In this document: positions 9,923 through 18,887 of the stretch, piece after piece
Position numbering within the stretch: the stretch's first letter is position 1
How the letters are laid out: every line of letters begins with the position of its first letter
Origin: Candidatus Peregrinibacteria bacterium
GTDB taxonomy: Bacteria > Patescibacteriota > Gracilibacteria > UBA1369
DNA: 64,000 nucleotides
NCBI GenBank assembly: GCA_963708185.1
Contig: OY970195.1
Span: 704,001 to 768,000 of the forward strand
Direction of reading: 5' to 3'
The notes under the pieces: generated by a model
What the model saw: the letters and a program-made list of their open reading frames with translations, nothing else
What the model was told of the DNA's origin: nothing
Database searches by the model: none
Made by a program: the position numbers and the translations under genes

Positions 9923-10303
9923 CCCCCTTAAACTCTACGAGACAAATTTCAAACATCTGAACACCTCGGAAATTCTTAGTTCCCTCAGTAGTCACTTACC
10001 ATATTCCGTTTCCAAAATATGACAGTACCTCTCTCACGTATCGGCACATCACGTCTGACCACAGAACCGAAGTCCTACAGACAAAACAGGAGGCGTCGAC
10101 AAATGAAGTCCAACCTCTTCCCTCTACAGCCTGGTCTTTTAGACCCGCCAAGCGAAAAGGATGAGCACGCCAAGAACCTGGGGGACTCTTGGACGCGGTT
10201 TTACTCTCCATCACGCAAAGTCTAAGGAGGAAGCTGCCAAAGATCCCAAGTATGAAACCCTTTTTTCATCAATACCTAAGGTCTTTGACAGCTTTCTCCC
10301 GAG
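9923..10303 (-). ncRNA. Putative structured ncRNA unit 2
   Basis: 5' hairpin 10300-10226, CCCAG 10182-10178, UGGCGGG 10150-10144, cUUCGg and GAAA tetraloop hairpins, 17-bp closing helix 10230-10214 with 9939-9923. Confidence 0.62.
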
Positions 10304-10350
10304 CTTTTGCCGGAAAGTTGTTTTTTGTTTTTAAAGAACGTTTTATTTTT

Positions 10351-10714
10351 ACTCCCGAGTAGAGGGGTCGGATATCGAACCCAGAAGAAACGATAAAATC
10401 TCTTCCGTGGATAACCATAAGAGTGACCGAAGTCATAATTATGATGTATCCGAGGTGTCTCGGCGTATAAAGTTTGATCCAAGCCGAAGCTCGAAACAAA
10501 ACTTCATGGAGTCGAAACATATCATTCAATCTCTCTCTTAAATCACTTGACCTCCAAGCCCATCAAGCGTTGAAGAAAGGCATCGGGACGAGTTCTGGGA
10601 GAACTGTCCAAATAATCCGATCCTTCAAACCCGGGAGGAATCTGCCTAAGACGCTAGTACTGAAGCATGGTGGGAACTTGCAGTAACCAGGATTTCAGGC
10701 AGGTTTCTCCCGAG
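10351..10714 (-). ncRNA. Putative structured ncRNA unit 1
   Basis: 5' hairpin 10714-10630, CCCAG 10599-10595, UGAUGGG 10565-10559, two cUUCGg hairpins (10492-10481, 10435-10424), closing helix with 10373-10352. Confidence 0.62.
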
Positions 10715-10791
10715 ATTGAGGTGCGCAGGCAAATGGTTTTGTACCTTTGCCGTGCGTTTTTCTTGTTGTCAAAAAATCACTGTTTCATTAA

Positions 10792-10821
10792 ATTCTATCA
10801 CATAAACAGAATATGTGTCAA
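10792..10821 (-). promoter_or_regulatory. Sigma70-type promoter driving the ORF-less transcript
   Basis: Minus strand TTGACA (10821-10816), 18-nt spacer, TGnTAGAAT (-10 at 10797-10792). Predicted TSS ~10785. Confidence 0.75.
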
Positions 10822-10950
10822 TACTCCCGGGGACTTTTTTTGAAGAGGTAGTTTTGTCCAGAAACTCGGATTGATCTTTTCGGCGGATTCGGGTAAGTTT
10901 TTCACTGCAATTTTGAGCACAAAGTGCGGTTCTAACGCGCAAAAAAACAT

Positions 10951-11025
10951 GCCGGGGTAGCTCAGTGGTAGAGCGAAGGATTGAAAATCCTTGCGTCGAC
11001 AGTTCGATTCTGTCCCTCGGCACCA
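10951..11025 (+). tRNA. tRNA-Phe(GAA)
   Basis: Cloverleaf GCCGGGG...CCTCGGC-ACCA, anticodon arm AAGGA-TTGAAAA-TCCTT, TTCGA T-loop. Confidence 0.97.
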
Positions 11026-11080
11026 GTACTTGATCATGATAAAGATTTCCAAGATCTTCGTTTCGGAAAGGAAACGACCA

Positions 11081-11109
11081 TTGACATTGGTAAAATAATA
11101 TTGTATATT
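11081..11109 (+). promoter_or_regulatory. Sigma70-type promoter for DEAD-box helicase
   Basis: TTGACA-17 nt-TATATT, implying a ~120-nt 5' UTR. Confidence 0.55.
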
Positions 11110-11234
11110 TCCTTACTGTTATATTCAGAAATAGTCAGTGGATTATAGAGTGGCTTGTCATAAACATTTGAGCTGGCTCTACACCCCGCCACGCGGGATG
11201 CATCCAGTTTCAATTTCGCAACCATCATATTTTT

Positions 11235-12560
11235 ATGCACAAGCGTTTCTCAAAATTCAAAGGCTATAAACCTTCAGGTTCAGGCGGTTCACATCGTTAT
11301 GGATCACATACTTCGTCGTCCACTTCGACTTCGACCTCTTCGAGTCCGACATCCGGCAGCCGTTATCAAGGCGGCCGTCCATTTGGAAACCGTCGTTTCC
11401 GCAAACCGATGCAAAAGAGCAAGCGGTTCGCCGGTACCACCATCAACGTGAACCAGCTCATCAACAAAGTGAACGACGACGCCTTTTTGAAACCGACCGA
11501 ACACGTGCTCCAGCACCAGTTCAGTGATTTCAAGATCGACCCTCGCATCAAGAACAACATCAAGCACAAGGGGTACATTTCTCCGACCCCGATCCAGGAC
11601 AAGGCCATCCCCGTGGGATTGGAAGGCAAGGACGTCATCGGCCTCGCCAACACCGGAACCGGCAAAACGGCTGCATTCCTGATCCCTCTCATCAACAAGA
11701 TGCTCGACAACCGCATGCAGCGGGCTTTGATTCTTGCGCCGACCCGCGAACTTGCTTTACAGATCAACGACGAGCTCAAGGAGTTTGCCAAGGGTTTCAA
11801 CCTCAATTCCGTGCTTTGCATCGGAGGGAGCAACATCATGTTCCAGATCCGCATGCTCAAGCGTCCGTTCAACTTCGTCATCGGAACACCGGGAAGAATC
11901 CTGGACCTGCTCGACCGGAAACAACTCTTCATCGACCGTTTCCAGAACGTTGTGCTCGACGAAGCCGACCGCATGGTGGACATGGGCTTCATCAACGATA
12001 TCCGTACGATTCTGGGCAAACTTCCCCGTGAACGCCAGTCGTTCTTTTTTACTGCGACGCTCGAAGCGAAAGTCGAGGAACTTATCCGACAGTTCACCAA
12101 GAATCCGGAGAAAATTTCGGTCAAACTCCGTGATACTTCCGCGAACGTCGAACAGGACATTATCCATGTTCCATCCGACAACAAAGCGAAACTGAACATT
12201 CTCATCGAACTCTTACGGAAACCGGAATTTGATAAAGTGCTGGTTTTCGGACGCACCAAGCATGGTGTGGAAAAAGTCGCCAAGGCACTGCTTGCCAGCG
12301 GCTTGAAATCAGACTCCATCCATGGCAATAAATCGCAAAACTATCGTCAGAAAGCCTTACAGCGCTTCAAACGCGGTGAAGTGAAGGTGCTGGTTGCCAC
12401 CGACGTAGCGGCGCGCGGCCTCGACATCAGCGCCGTGAGCCACGTCATCAACTTCGACATTCCGTCGAATTACGACGATTACGTCCACCGCATCGGCAGA
12501 ACGGGCCGCGCGGATCGCAAAGGTATTGCCCTGACGTTTGTTACCGGAGGCCAGGCGTAA
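11235..12560 (+). CDS. DEAD-box RNA helicase
   Basis: PTPIQ, GTGKT, PTRELA, DEADRM and HRIGRTGR motifs. Basic, Ser-rich N-terminal extension. Confidence 0.95.
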   Translation: MHKRFSKFKGYKPSGSGGSHRYGSHTSSSTSTSTSSSPTSGSRYQGGRPFGNRRFRKPMQKSKRFAGTTINVNQLINKVNDDAFLKPTEHVLQHQFSDFKIDPRIKNNIKHKGYISPTPIQDKAIPVGLEGKDVIGLANTGTGKTAAFLIPLINKMLDNRMQRALILAPTRELALQINDELKEFAKGFNLNSVLCIGGSNIMFQIRMLKRPFNFVIGTPGRILDLLDRKQLFIDRFQNVVLDEADRMVDMGFINDIRTILGKLPRERQSFFFTATLEAKVEELIRQFTKNPEKISVKLRDTSANVEQDIIHVPSDNKAKLNILIELLRKPEFDKVLVFGRTKHGVEKVAKALLASGLKSDSIHGNKSQNYRQKALQRFKRGEVKVLVATDVAARGLDISAVSHVINFDIPSNYDDYVHRIGRTGRADRKGIALTFVTGGQA

Positions 12561-12618
12561 ATTTCACGCCACACGCCCCCGACCTTAGAAATAGGGCTTC
12601 ACAGTCATTCCGAAACCG

Positions 12619-12658
12619 AGGAGGTTCGTTACCATATTGTGTAACGAACCTCCTTTTT
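12619..12658 (+). terminator. Intrinsic terminator after helicase
   Basis: 14-bp stem AGGAGGTTCGTTAC/GTAACGAACCTCCT followed by T tract. Confidence 0.8.
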
Positions 12659-12707
12659 GGTAAGTTATTATCATCGTAACCGTTTTTATCTTTCTCTCTT
12701 CGCCTCT

Positions 12708-13286
12708 ATGATGAAAAAAACTTCCTTCGCTGCGCTTTTGGCTGTCTTGTTTTTGGCAGGATGCCAGCAGAACGTATCTCCTTCCTCCGTTACCCAAAAC
12801 GTCACTCCCGCACTAAAGACCCAGCAGGTATCTGCTACGCTTGAAATCCAACCGAGTGGGGCAATGAACGAATCCATAATGCCCGTTGAAACTTCGATCA
12901 CCCAGACGGATCAACCGTTGATCGCAAGCGGAACCATCGACGGTTCGATGGGCTATCCGGCGGAAACTATTCCTCCCTCAATCATCGTCTGCGCCGATAA
13001 TACCTCCACAAAAGCGACATTCTGTACCTCCGAACGCATCAACAGTGACCAATACACTTCACACGTCGGCTATCAGCTCACGGTTCCAGCCGGAAACTAC
13101 AATGTTTATGAAAAGATCTCCGAAGGAACCATCGGGAGTTTTGATTCCACCTATAAAGCCTATTATTCCGACTTCGTCGTCTGCGGGGAGAAAAACACCT
13201 GCACGTCGCATAATCCGGTAGCGGTCCAGGTTCAAGCGGGACAAACGACCTCTGGCATCTCGCCCACCGACTGGTATAACCTGTAA
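12708..13286 (+). CDS. Hypothetical lipoprotein
   Basis: MMKK plus hydrophobic stretch plus LAGC lipobox. Cys pairs in the C-terminal domain. Confidence 0.8.
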   Translation: MMKKTSFAALLAVLFLAGCQQNVSPSSVTQNVTPALKTQQVSATLEIQPSGAMNESIMPVETSITQTDQPLIASGTIDGSMGYPAETIPPSIIVCADNTSTKATFCTSERINSDQYTSHVGYQLTVPAGNYNVYEKISEGTIGSFDSTYKAYYSDFVVCGEKNTCTSHNPVAVQVQAGQTTSGISPTDWYNL

Positions 13287-13308
13287 TCCGCACGATTAGA
13301 TTTTCCGG

Positions 13309-14091
13309 TTAGATCTTCTCGAATGGAAGCTGCAGAATGACCGCCATGTTTTTAGGGTCCATCGGTTTGCGATATTTTATTTTGGGATTCTTGTAGATGT
13401 TGATGATGTAGATGGTTGAGTCTTCCACTGCGCCATGCTCAAAGAGCAGCTCTTCTTCATCGGCGATGTCCTGAAGTTTTTTGATAAGATCGTTGAGATC
13501 GATGCACATGATTTTGTCGAGAGTGTCTTCAAGTTCTTCTGCGTCTTCCGGCGCCAGTGAAAGCGTAATGACGATATCATCGGGAACTTCTTCGGGGGCG
13601 ATGATGCTATTGACCTCACGAATGACCGGAGGTGTTTCCTTGAGTGCTGCAGCACTTGCCAGAATCTCCGCAGCAGAATCACGGACTTTTGCGGAAATTG
13701 GCGGCGGTGGAAGCGTTTTTGCCTGTGGTTTGAGGCAAGATTCGGGAGCTTTGGCAGTCGGTGAATATTTTTCCATGAGCGTTACATGTTCCGGAGCAAA
13801 CTGATCATCGCAGCATCCCTCGAGATGGGAAAGGCTCATGGTACGGGTTCCTTCCTTGTATTCAACCTTGGCCAGACAAAAATTCTGGAGATATTTGAAG
13901 GTTTTGTAGTCTTCGTGAGCCGGGGTTCCGGGAATACGCGGGTCCACTCCTTCAAAGTGCAGGAAAATTTCCCATCCGGGTTTGGACGGATCGATGTCTT
14001 CAATATCGCAATCTTTGACATCCGGATTTATCAGGCGGTCAAAAAGCTTATCTATCTCGAATCCGTCTGAATTGTCATTGTTGTTTTCCAT
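13309..14091 (-). CDS. Hypothetical acidic protein
   Basis: 260-aa ORF with AT-rich upstream region. No motif recognised. Confidence 0.65.
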   Translation of the reverse strand: MENNNDNSDGFEIDKLFDRLINPDVKDCDIEDIDPSKPGWEIFLHFEGVDPRIPGTPAHEDYKTFKYLQNFCLAKVEYKEGTRTMSLSHLEGCCDDQFAPEHVTLMEKYSPTAKAPESCLKPQAKTLPPPPISAKVRDSAAEILASAAALKETPPVIREVNSIIAPEEVPDDIVITLSLAPEDAEELEDTLDKIMCIDLNDLIKKLQDIADEEELLFEHGAVEDSTIYIINIYKNPKIKYRKPMDPKNMAVILQLPFEKI

Positions 14092-14258
14092 ACCTTGCGC
14101 AGCTATAAGTGTTCAACCTTCCAAAGGTGTTGAATTTTAACAATAATTAAGCTATTCAGTCAATAGTCGTTATTTCTTGGCTTTCTGTTGACATTCCCGC
14201 GAAAAAAGGTGTAGTTTTTGGCTAGAAAAGGCCACCAACATCCCGTAACGACACGCTT

Positions 14259-14486
14259 ATGGGAACCGTATGGACCATTATCGTCGTCATCAACCTTTGC
14301 TCACTGCTCTTTTTGTTCGCCTACATCAAGAGGCTTTTTGGCTATGCCCGGAAATATCGCATGCCTGAGTCAAAATATACCCTGCTTTTTGGGGGAATTA
14401 ATTTGCCCCACGTGGTTTTTGCTTACGTCTCCTCCGCAATCGCCTTCGCGGTGTTTTCGGTTATCTTCTTTAGTTTCGCCCGATGA
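14259..14486 (+). CDS. Small two-TM membrane protein
   Basis: 75 aa with two hydrophobic segments. ATGA overlap with the next gene. Confidence 0.6.
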   Translation: MGTVWTIIVVINLCSLLFLFAYIKRLFGYARKYRMPESKYTLLFGGINLPHVVFAYVSSAIAFAVFSVIFFSFAR

Positions 14487-15128
14487 ATCATGAAGTCCAG
14501 AACAACAAGGATCTTCACTTTAAAGGTCAATACGCCGGAGAGGTTGTCATTGCCTTTTTCCGTGGCCCACTGGATCACCCTGATGCCCAGCATCGTGGTC
14601 CACATTTTTTTCGTGGTGGTGTTTTTTGTCGTCATCGCGACGTTTTCCACACCCATTCTCGCGTTCATTGCCACTCCGTTGGGAGAAATCGTTTTCGTTC
14701 TGAGCATTTTCCTCATCACCTACGCCGTTCACAGTTTTTATCTTAAACTCATCAATCATTTTCTTAACTCTGTGATCATTACCAACTTCCGCATCGTGGA
14801 AAACCAAAAAATTATTTTCATCAAGGATCTTCAGGTTTCAGTGGACATGAGAATGATCCAGGACGTCAAAAAGGAACAGAACGGCATTTTGGAAAACCTG
14901 CTCAATTTCGGTGAACTCATCATCATGCTTTCTTCATCCTCGGATATCCGTGTCATCAAGTTCGTTCCAAACCCAAATTTCCATTTCAGGCTCATCAACC
15001 GCATCAAACTCGAAAATTTGCACAAACAAGCCGAAGAGAAAGTACAGTCGAGAAACCATCAGTCGATTCTCTACGAAAATTTCTCATCATACCGGACGAG
15101 GGAGAAACACGCAGAACATGAAGCGTGA
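14483..15128 (+). CDS. Membrane protein with bacterial PH-like domain (apparent frameshift ~14565)
   Basis: MNHE...FKGQYAGEVVIAFFR joins HWITL...IITNFRIV...IQDV...LLNFGELII if one G at ~14564 is removed. Confidence 0.7.
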
Positions 15129-15180
15129 CTTGTTTTCAGCCCTTATCAAGGCTAAAATCAACACGTTTTTGTTTTTCCGC

Positions 15181-15956
15181 ATGAAAAAATCCTTCTCTTT
15201 CGTTTTTATCGTCGTCATCATGGGGGCCTCAGGACTCGGCTACTATTTTTACAAACAGATCCAGTACAACAAAGAAAACGTTCCCGCCGCAGTGAGCATT
15301 GCTCAGCTTGAACAGAGTCAGAAGGCGTTTCAAGCCCTGGCGCAAGGCAGTTCCCAGGTACAGACCCAGCAAAACATCCAGGTTCCTCCCGAACTGAACA
15401 TCAAGATGACGTTTTATCCACAGGCACCTTCCGGCGACTGGAGCGAGCCCTGGCAGGAGGCTTGCGAAGAAGCCAGCATTCTTCTCGTTGCCAACACCTA
15501 CTACAACCACAACTGGACGCGCCAGCAGTTCGGTGATGAAATTTTGAAACTCGTGGATTGGGAAAACAACACTTTCGGCGACTACAAAAACACCAACGCC
15601 AAACAGATCGTGCAGATGCTTCAAGATTATCTGGGGCGAAAGCCGTCATCCACGATAATCCGACCTACAGCGATGTCCAGCAGGCCCTGACCAGGGGCCA
15701 TCTGATCGTGATGACGTTCGCCGGGAAAGAGATCGGCAACCCCTTTTACAGCAACGGCGGACCGACCTACCACGCCATGGTCATCAAAGGGTATAAAGCG
15801 GGGCAGAAAATCATTACCGAAGACGTGGGCACCAAGCGCGGAGAGGACTATGTGTACCCCTGGAAGGTGCTCGACGGCGCCCTCCATGACTATACTGTCC
15901 CGATCGACAGCGGAGCGAAGGAGATGATTGAAGTGATCCCTCCGACCAATTTTTAA
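15181..15956 (+). CDS. C39-like peptidase, N-terminal TM (apparent frameshift ~15635)
   Basis: QAP...ACEEAS (Cys) in the first frame. YHAMVIKGY (His) and TEDVG (Asp) in the second frame. The break lies in a G run. Confidence 0.75.
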
Positions 15957-15966
15957 ACAGTTCTCG

Positions 15967-17277
15967 ATGCCGGAATCTGAATCTACGCTCGCGCCCAATT
16001 TCTCGCTCAACGTGCTCGGCAGGAAGATCGCCTTTTCCACATTGGTCCAGTACGCGGGGAAGGCCGCCCAGCTCGTGCTGGCGGCCGTCGGCATCAAGTT
16101 GATTTCCAATTTTTTGAGTCAGAACGGGTACGGGGTCTATTCGGCCATCAGCGAGTATGCCCTGTTCTTTTCCACGGCGGCGAACCTGGGAATTTTCGGC
16201 AACGTGGTAAGGATCATGGCCGACCGTCCGCGCGACGGGAGCGTTTTCTTGAGTTCACTCGTTTTGCGCATCGTCACCGCTCTGTTGTTTTTCGTGACCG
16301 CTGTGGTGATCGTGCTCAACAACGGCAGCGGAAATGTTTTTATCGTGGGAACGGCGCTGTTTTGCGGAGGTCTGTTTTTCGACTACGTGACGTCGGTCTG
16401 CGACGGCATGCTCCAGTCGAATTATCTCATGGGAAGAGCAACCTTCGCCCTCGTCGCTGGAAAACTCGTCGATGTGTGCATGGTTTTTTGGATCATCAGA
16501 ACGTTCAGCGGAGGCATTGATACCGGCGGGATGTTTTTGGTGTTCGGCGCGGTACTTGCAGGAAGTTTCGTTACCGCCGCGTTGAGCCTGTATTTCGTTT
16601 CGAGGAAAATCGAATGGAGTTGGGCCGTGAACCCGCAGATGATGATGAGAATTTTCCTGGTGAGTCTGCCTTTCGGCATCATCAACATCATCAACAACCT
16701 TTACTTCCGTTTTCTGCCGGATTACCTGGGGCACCAGTTCCTGGATGACAAACATTTTGCAAGTTTCAGCCTCTCTTTCCGCATCGCCCAGGTTTTGAGC
16801 CTGGCGTCGACCTTCCTGATGTTCTCGGCGCTCCCCGGGCGCACGGAATACATTGAGGAGGGGCATATTGAAAAAGCCCGGAAGCTTTACGCAGTCATCC
16901 GCAAGATCCTCGTGGCCGGCGGCCTGGCGCTCGTTGTTTTCGGTTCACTGCTGGGACCGTGGGTTTTGACGCTTTTAACAAAGGACAAATACTATCTGCC
17001 TGAATTCTGGTTCGTACTCCCGATGATGCTGGTGCTGGCCGCGATTTCCTACGGCTACGACCTGGTGCTTCTGACGTTGTTCGCGGCCAATGAGGATGTC
17101 TGGTTCATGAAGCGCGAATTTGTGGCGCTGGCTCTTGCGGGAATATTCTTTGGTGCGCAGTTTTTGGTTTCAGACACCACGTTGCGGCTCGTGCTTATTT
17201 TACTCGGGGCTATCGCAGGAGAGGGGTTCATGGTGGTTTCGGGTTCGTTGAAGCTGAGAAAAGACGTCCTGGAGTAG
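15967..17277 (+). CDS. Oligosaccharide flippase (Wzx/MOP family)
   Basis: About 12 TMs, and a YGVYS...NLGI pattern near the N-terminus. Confidence 0.8.
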   Translation: MPESESTLAPNFSLNVLGRKIAFSTLVQYAGKAAQLVLAAVGIKLISNFLSQNGYGVYSAISEYALFFSTAANLGIFGNVVRIMADRPRDGSVFLSSLVLRIVTALLFFVTAVVIVLNNGSGNVFIVGTALFCGGLFFDYVTSVCDGMLQSNYLMGRATFALVAGKLVDVCMVFWIIRTFSGGIDTGGMFLVFGAVLAGSFVTAALSLYFVSRKIEWSWAVNPQMMMRIFLVSLPFGIINIINNLYFRFLPDYLGHQFLDDKHFASFSLSFRIAQVLSLASTFLMFSALPGRTEYIEEGHIEKARKLYAVIRKILVAGGLALVVFGSLLGPWVLTLLTKDKYYLPEFWFVLPMMLVLAAISYGYDLVLLTLFAANEDVWFMKREFVALALAGIFFGAQFLVSDTTLRLVLILLGAIAGEGFMVVSGSLKLRKDVLE

Positions 17278-17358
17278 TTTCCCGGGTTACGGTTCAAAAA
17301 TATATTGAAATTCCGCAGTGTTTACGGTAAATTTTTCCCGCAATCAGATTTTGTGCGA

Positions 17359-17435
17359 GCGGGTGTAGCTCAGTTGGCTAGAGCGCAACCTTGCCAAGGT
17401 TGAGGTCAGGGGTTCGAGCCCCCTTACCCGCTCCA
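17359..17435 (+). tRNA. tRNA-Gly(GCC), island integration site
   Basis: GCGGGTG...TACCCGC-TCCA, anticodon loop TTGCCAA. Confidence 0.97.
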
Positions 17436-18887
17436 AACGGAAAATCGCGTTTTATCGGCGCAATCGCGCCACGGATTTTGCAATTCCAAAGCCACTTTCT
17501 GCCCCGCAATCCGGAAGTTCGAGCCGATTTTTTGCAGAAACATTCGTTTCTCTTCCAAATTTCCGGAATCAGCTGTGCTGATGGCTTGGTGAGCCGTTAA
17601 AATCCATACCCTAAAGGGTTCGAGCCAATTATTTCCCTTCCGCCCAAAATCTGCCATCGCTTCCTTGATTTCCACTTTGCGATTGATGATCTTTTCCTTG
17701 GCGGCGAGATATTCTTCGTTGGTGATTGTTTTGTCGAGGTAAGCGTCAAGGAGCCGCATCTGCTTTTCTTCGAGCTGTTTTAGCTCCGTTTTCAGATTTT
17801 GGGCGGAAGGATCTGGTTTCGCCGCTGATTCTTTGGAATCCAGCTCCAATTGCTTTAAAAACTTTTCGGTCCAGTCATCGCTCAAAGCAACTTTTTGATA
17901 GAGCTCATCGAGCTGACTAACAAGCTCTTTTTCTTCAACATACTTTTGACTGCAAATAATGTTTTTCTTGGTGCAGCGGTAGTAGCGGTAAGTGCGGCCG
18001 GATTTTTTCGTTTTGCGTTCCGCAGTGACGGCACGGCCGCACTCACCGCATCGGAATACCCCCAGAAAAGCAAAAGATATGTTGTCTTTTGCTTTTCTGG
18101 GCCTTCCTCTCTGCTCAATGACTTTTTGAACCTTATCAAAAAGTTGCTTTGAGATAATTGGCTCGTGACTGCCCTGATAGAGTTCTCCTTTGTGTTTAAT
18201 GAGTCCGTAATAGAATGGATTTTGCAAAAGTTCCTGTAGCTTTGAAACGGCTATGGCTTCTCCCGTTCTGCGGCTCACCAAGCCTAAAGAAAGCGACAAT
18301 TTTTGTAAATGTTCTAGCGATTTATTTCCCTCGGCATACGCCAAAAACAGGGAGCGAACTGCCTCCCATCTTTGCGGGTCCTTGATGATTGTATGATTCC
18401 TTAATTCGTTCAGATAACCTACAGGAGCCAGGCTCGGCAGTTCGCCCCTGCGCAGTTTTTGGCGTATGCCTCGTTTGATGTTTTCAGAAAGGTTGTCGAT
18501 GTAATATTTACTTTGCCCAAAAGCGATATTCAGCATGAATTTTCCCTGCGGAGTCGCTTCAAACCAAAAGGTAGGGAATTTTAGCGCACCAATTTTGCCG
18601 GTATCCACCAAATAGATTACTTTCCCGCCGTCTACGCTGTTTCTTGCCAGTCTGTCGGGATGCCACGCTAAAATTCCCGTCTGTTCACTGCGCTCTATTT
18701 CTTCAATCAGCTTATTAAACACAGGTCTGCCGGGTGCTTTGGCCGTTCTGCTTTCAATGTATTCATCTGCGATCGCCAGGTTTTCTTTCTTAGCGAATTC
18801 TCTCAATTCAGTAATCTGCGCCTCTATAGAAAGCACCTGGCGATCGTCTTCGTCAGTAGATTTTCTGGCATATAGATAGTATTTCAT
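17424..18887 (-). CDS. Large serine recombinase (integrase)
   Basis: YARKS catalytic Ser, DRLARN, recombinase domain, zinc ribbon CGECG...YRC...C and coiled coil. Stop codon lies inside the tRNA. Confidence 0.93.
   Translation of the reverse strand: MKYYLYARKSTDEDDRQVLSIEAQITELREFAKKENLAIADEYIESRTAKAPGRPVFNKLIEEIERSEQTGILAWHPDRLARNSVDGGKVIYLVDTGKIGALKFPTFWFEATPQGKFMLNIAFGQSKYYIDNLSENIKRGIRQKLRRGELPSLAPVGYLNELRNHTIIKDPQRWEAVRSLFLAYAEGNKSLEHLQKLSLSLGLVSRRTGEAIAVSKLQELLQNPFYYGLIKHKGELYQGSHEPIISKQLFDKVQKVIEQRGRPRKAKDNISFAFLGVFRCGECGRAVTAERKTKKSGRTYRYYRCTKKNIICSQKYVEEKELVSQLDELYQKVALSDDWTEKFLKQLELDSKESAAKPDPSAQNLKTELKQLEEKQMRLLDAYLDKTITNEEYLAAKEKIINRKVEIKEAMADFGRKGNNWLEPFRVWILTAHQAISTADSGNLEEKRMFLQKIGSNFRIAGQKVALELQNPWRDCADKTRFSVWSG
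17430..17521 (+). repeat. 92-bp left arm, inverted copy at 19083-19174
   Basis: Direct comparison shows 91/92 identity. A further 14 bp (17522-17535) matches 19034-19047 beyond a 35-bp insertion. Confidence 0.95.

Noticed and set aside
9616-10686. Short ORFs (60-86 aa) on both strands in the 9.6-10.7 kb region
   Set aside because: They overlap one another, show no motifs, and are not homologous between units even though the RNA structure is.
9800-10714. Reading the three hairpins as CRISPR repeats, integron attC sites, T-boxes or c-di-AMP/c-di-GMP riboswitches
   Set aside because: The spacing (~420 nt) and divergence do not fit CRISPR. There are no RYYYAAC/GTTRRRY ends or cassette ORFs, no T-box or riboswitch consensus was found by eye, and there is no downstream gene to regulate.
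10723-10762. Plus-strand terminator-like hairpin implying a plus-strand RNA
   Set aside because: The promoter, UUCG/GAAA loops, boxA-like motifs and G.U-rich long helices favour the minus strand. A plus-strand antisense transcript is not excluded, because the conserved A.C mismatch would be G.U on plus.
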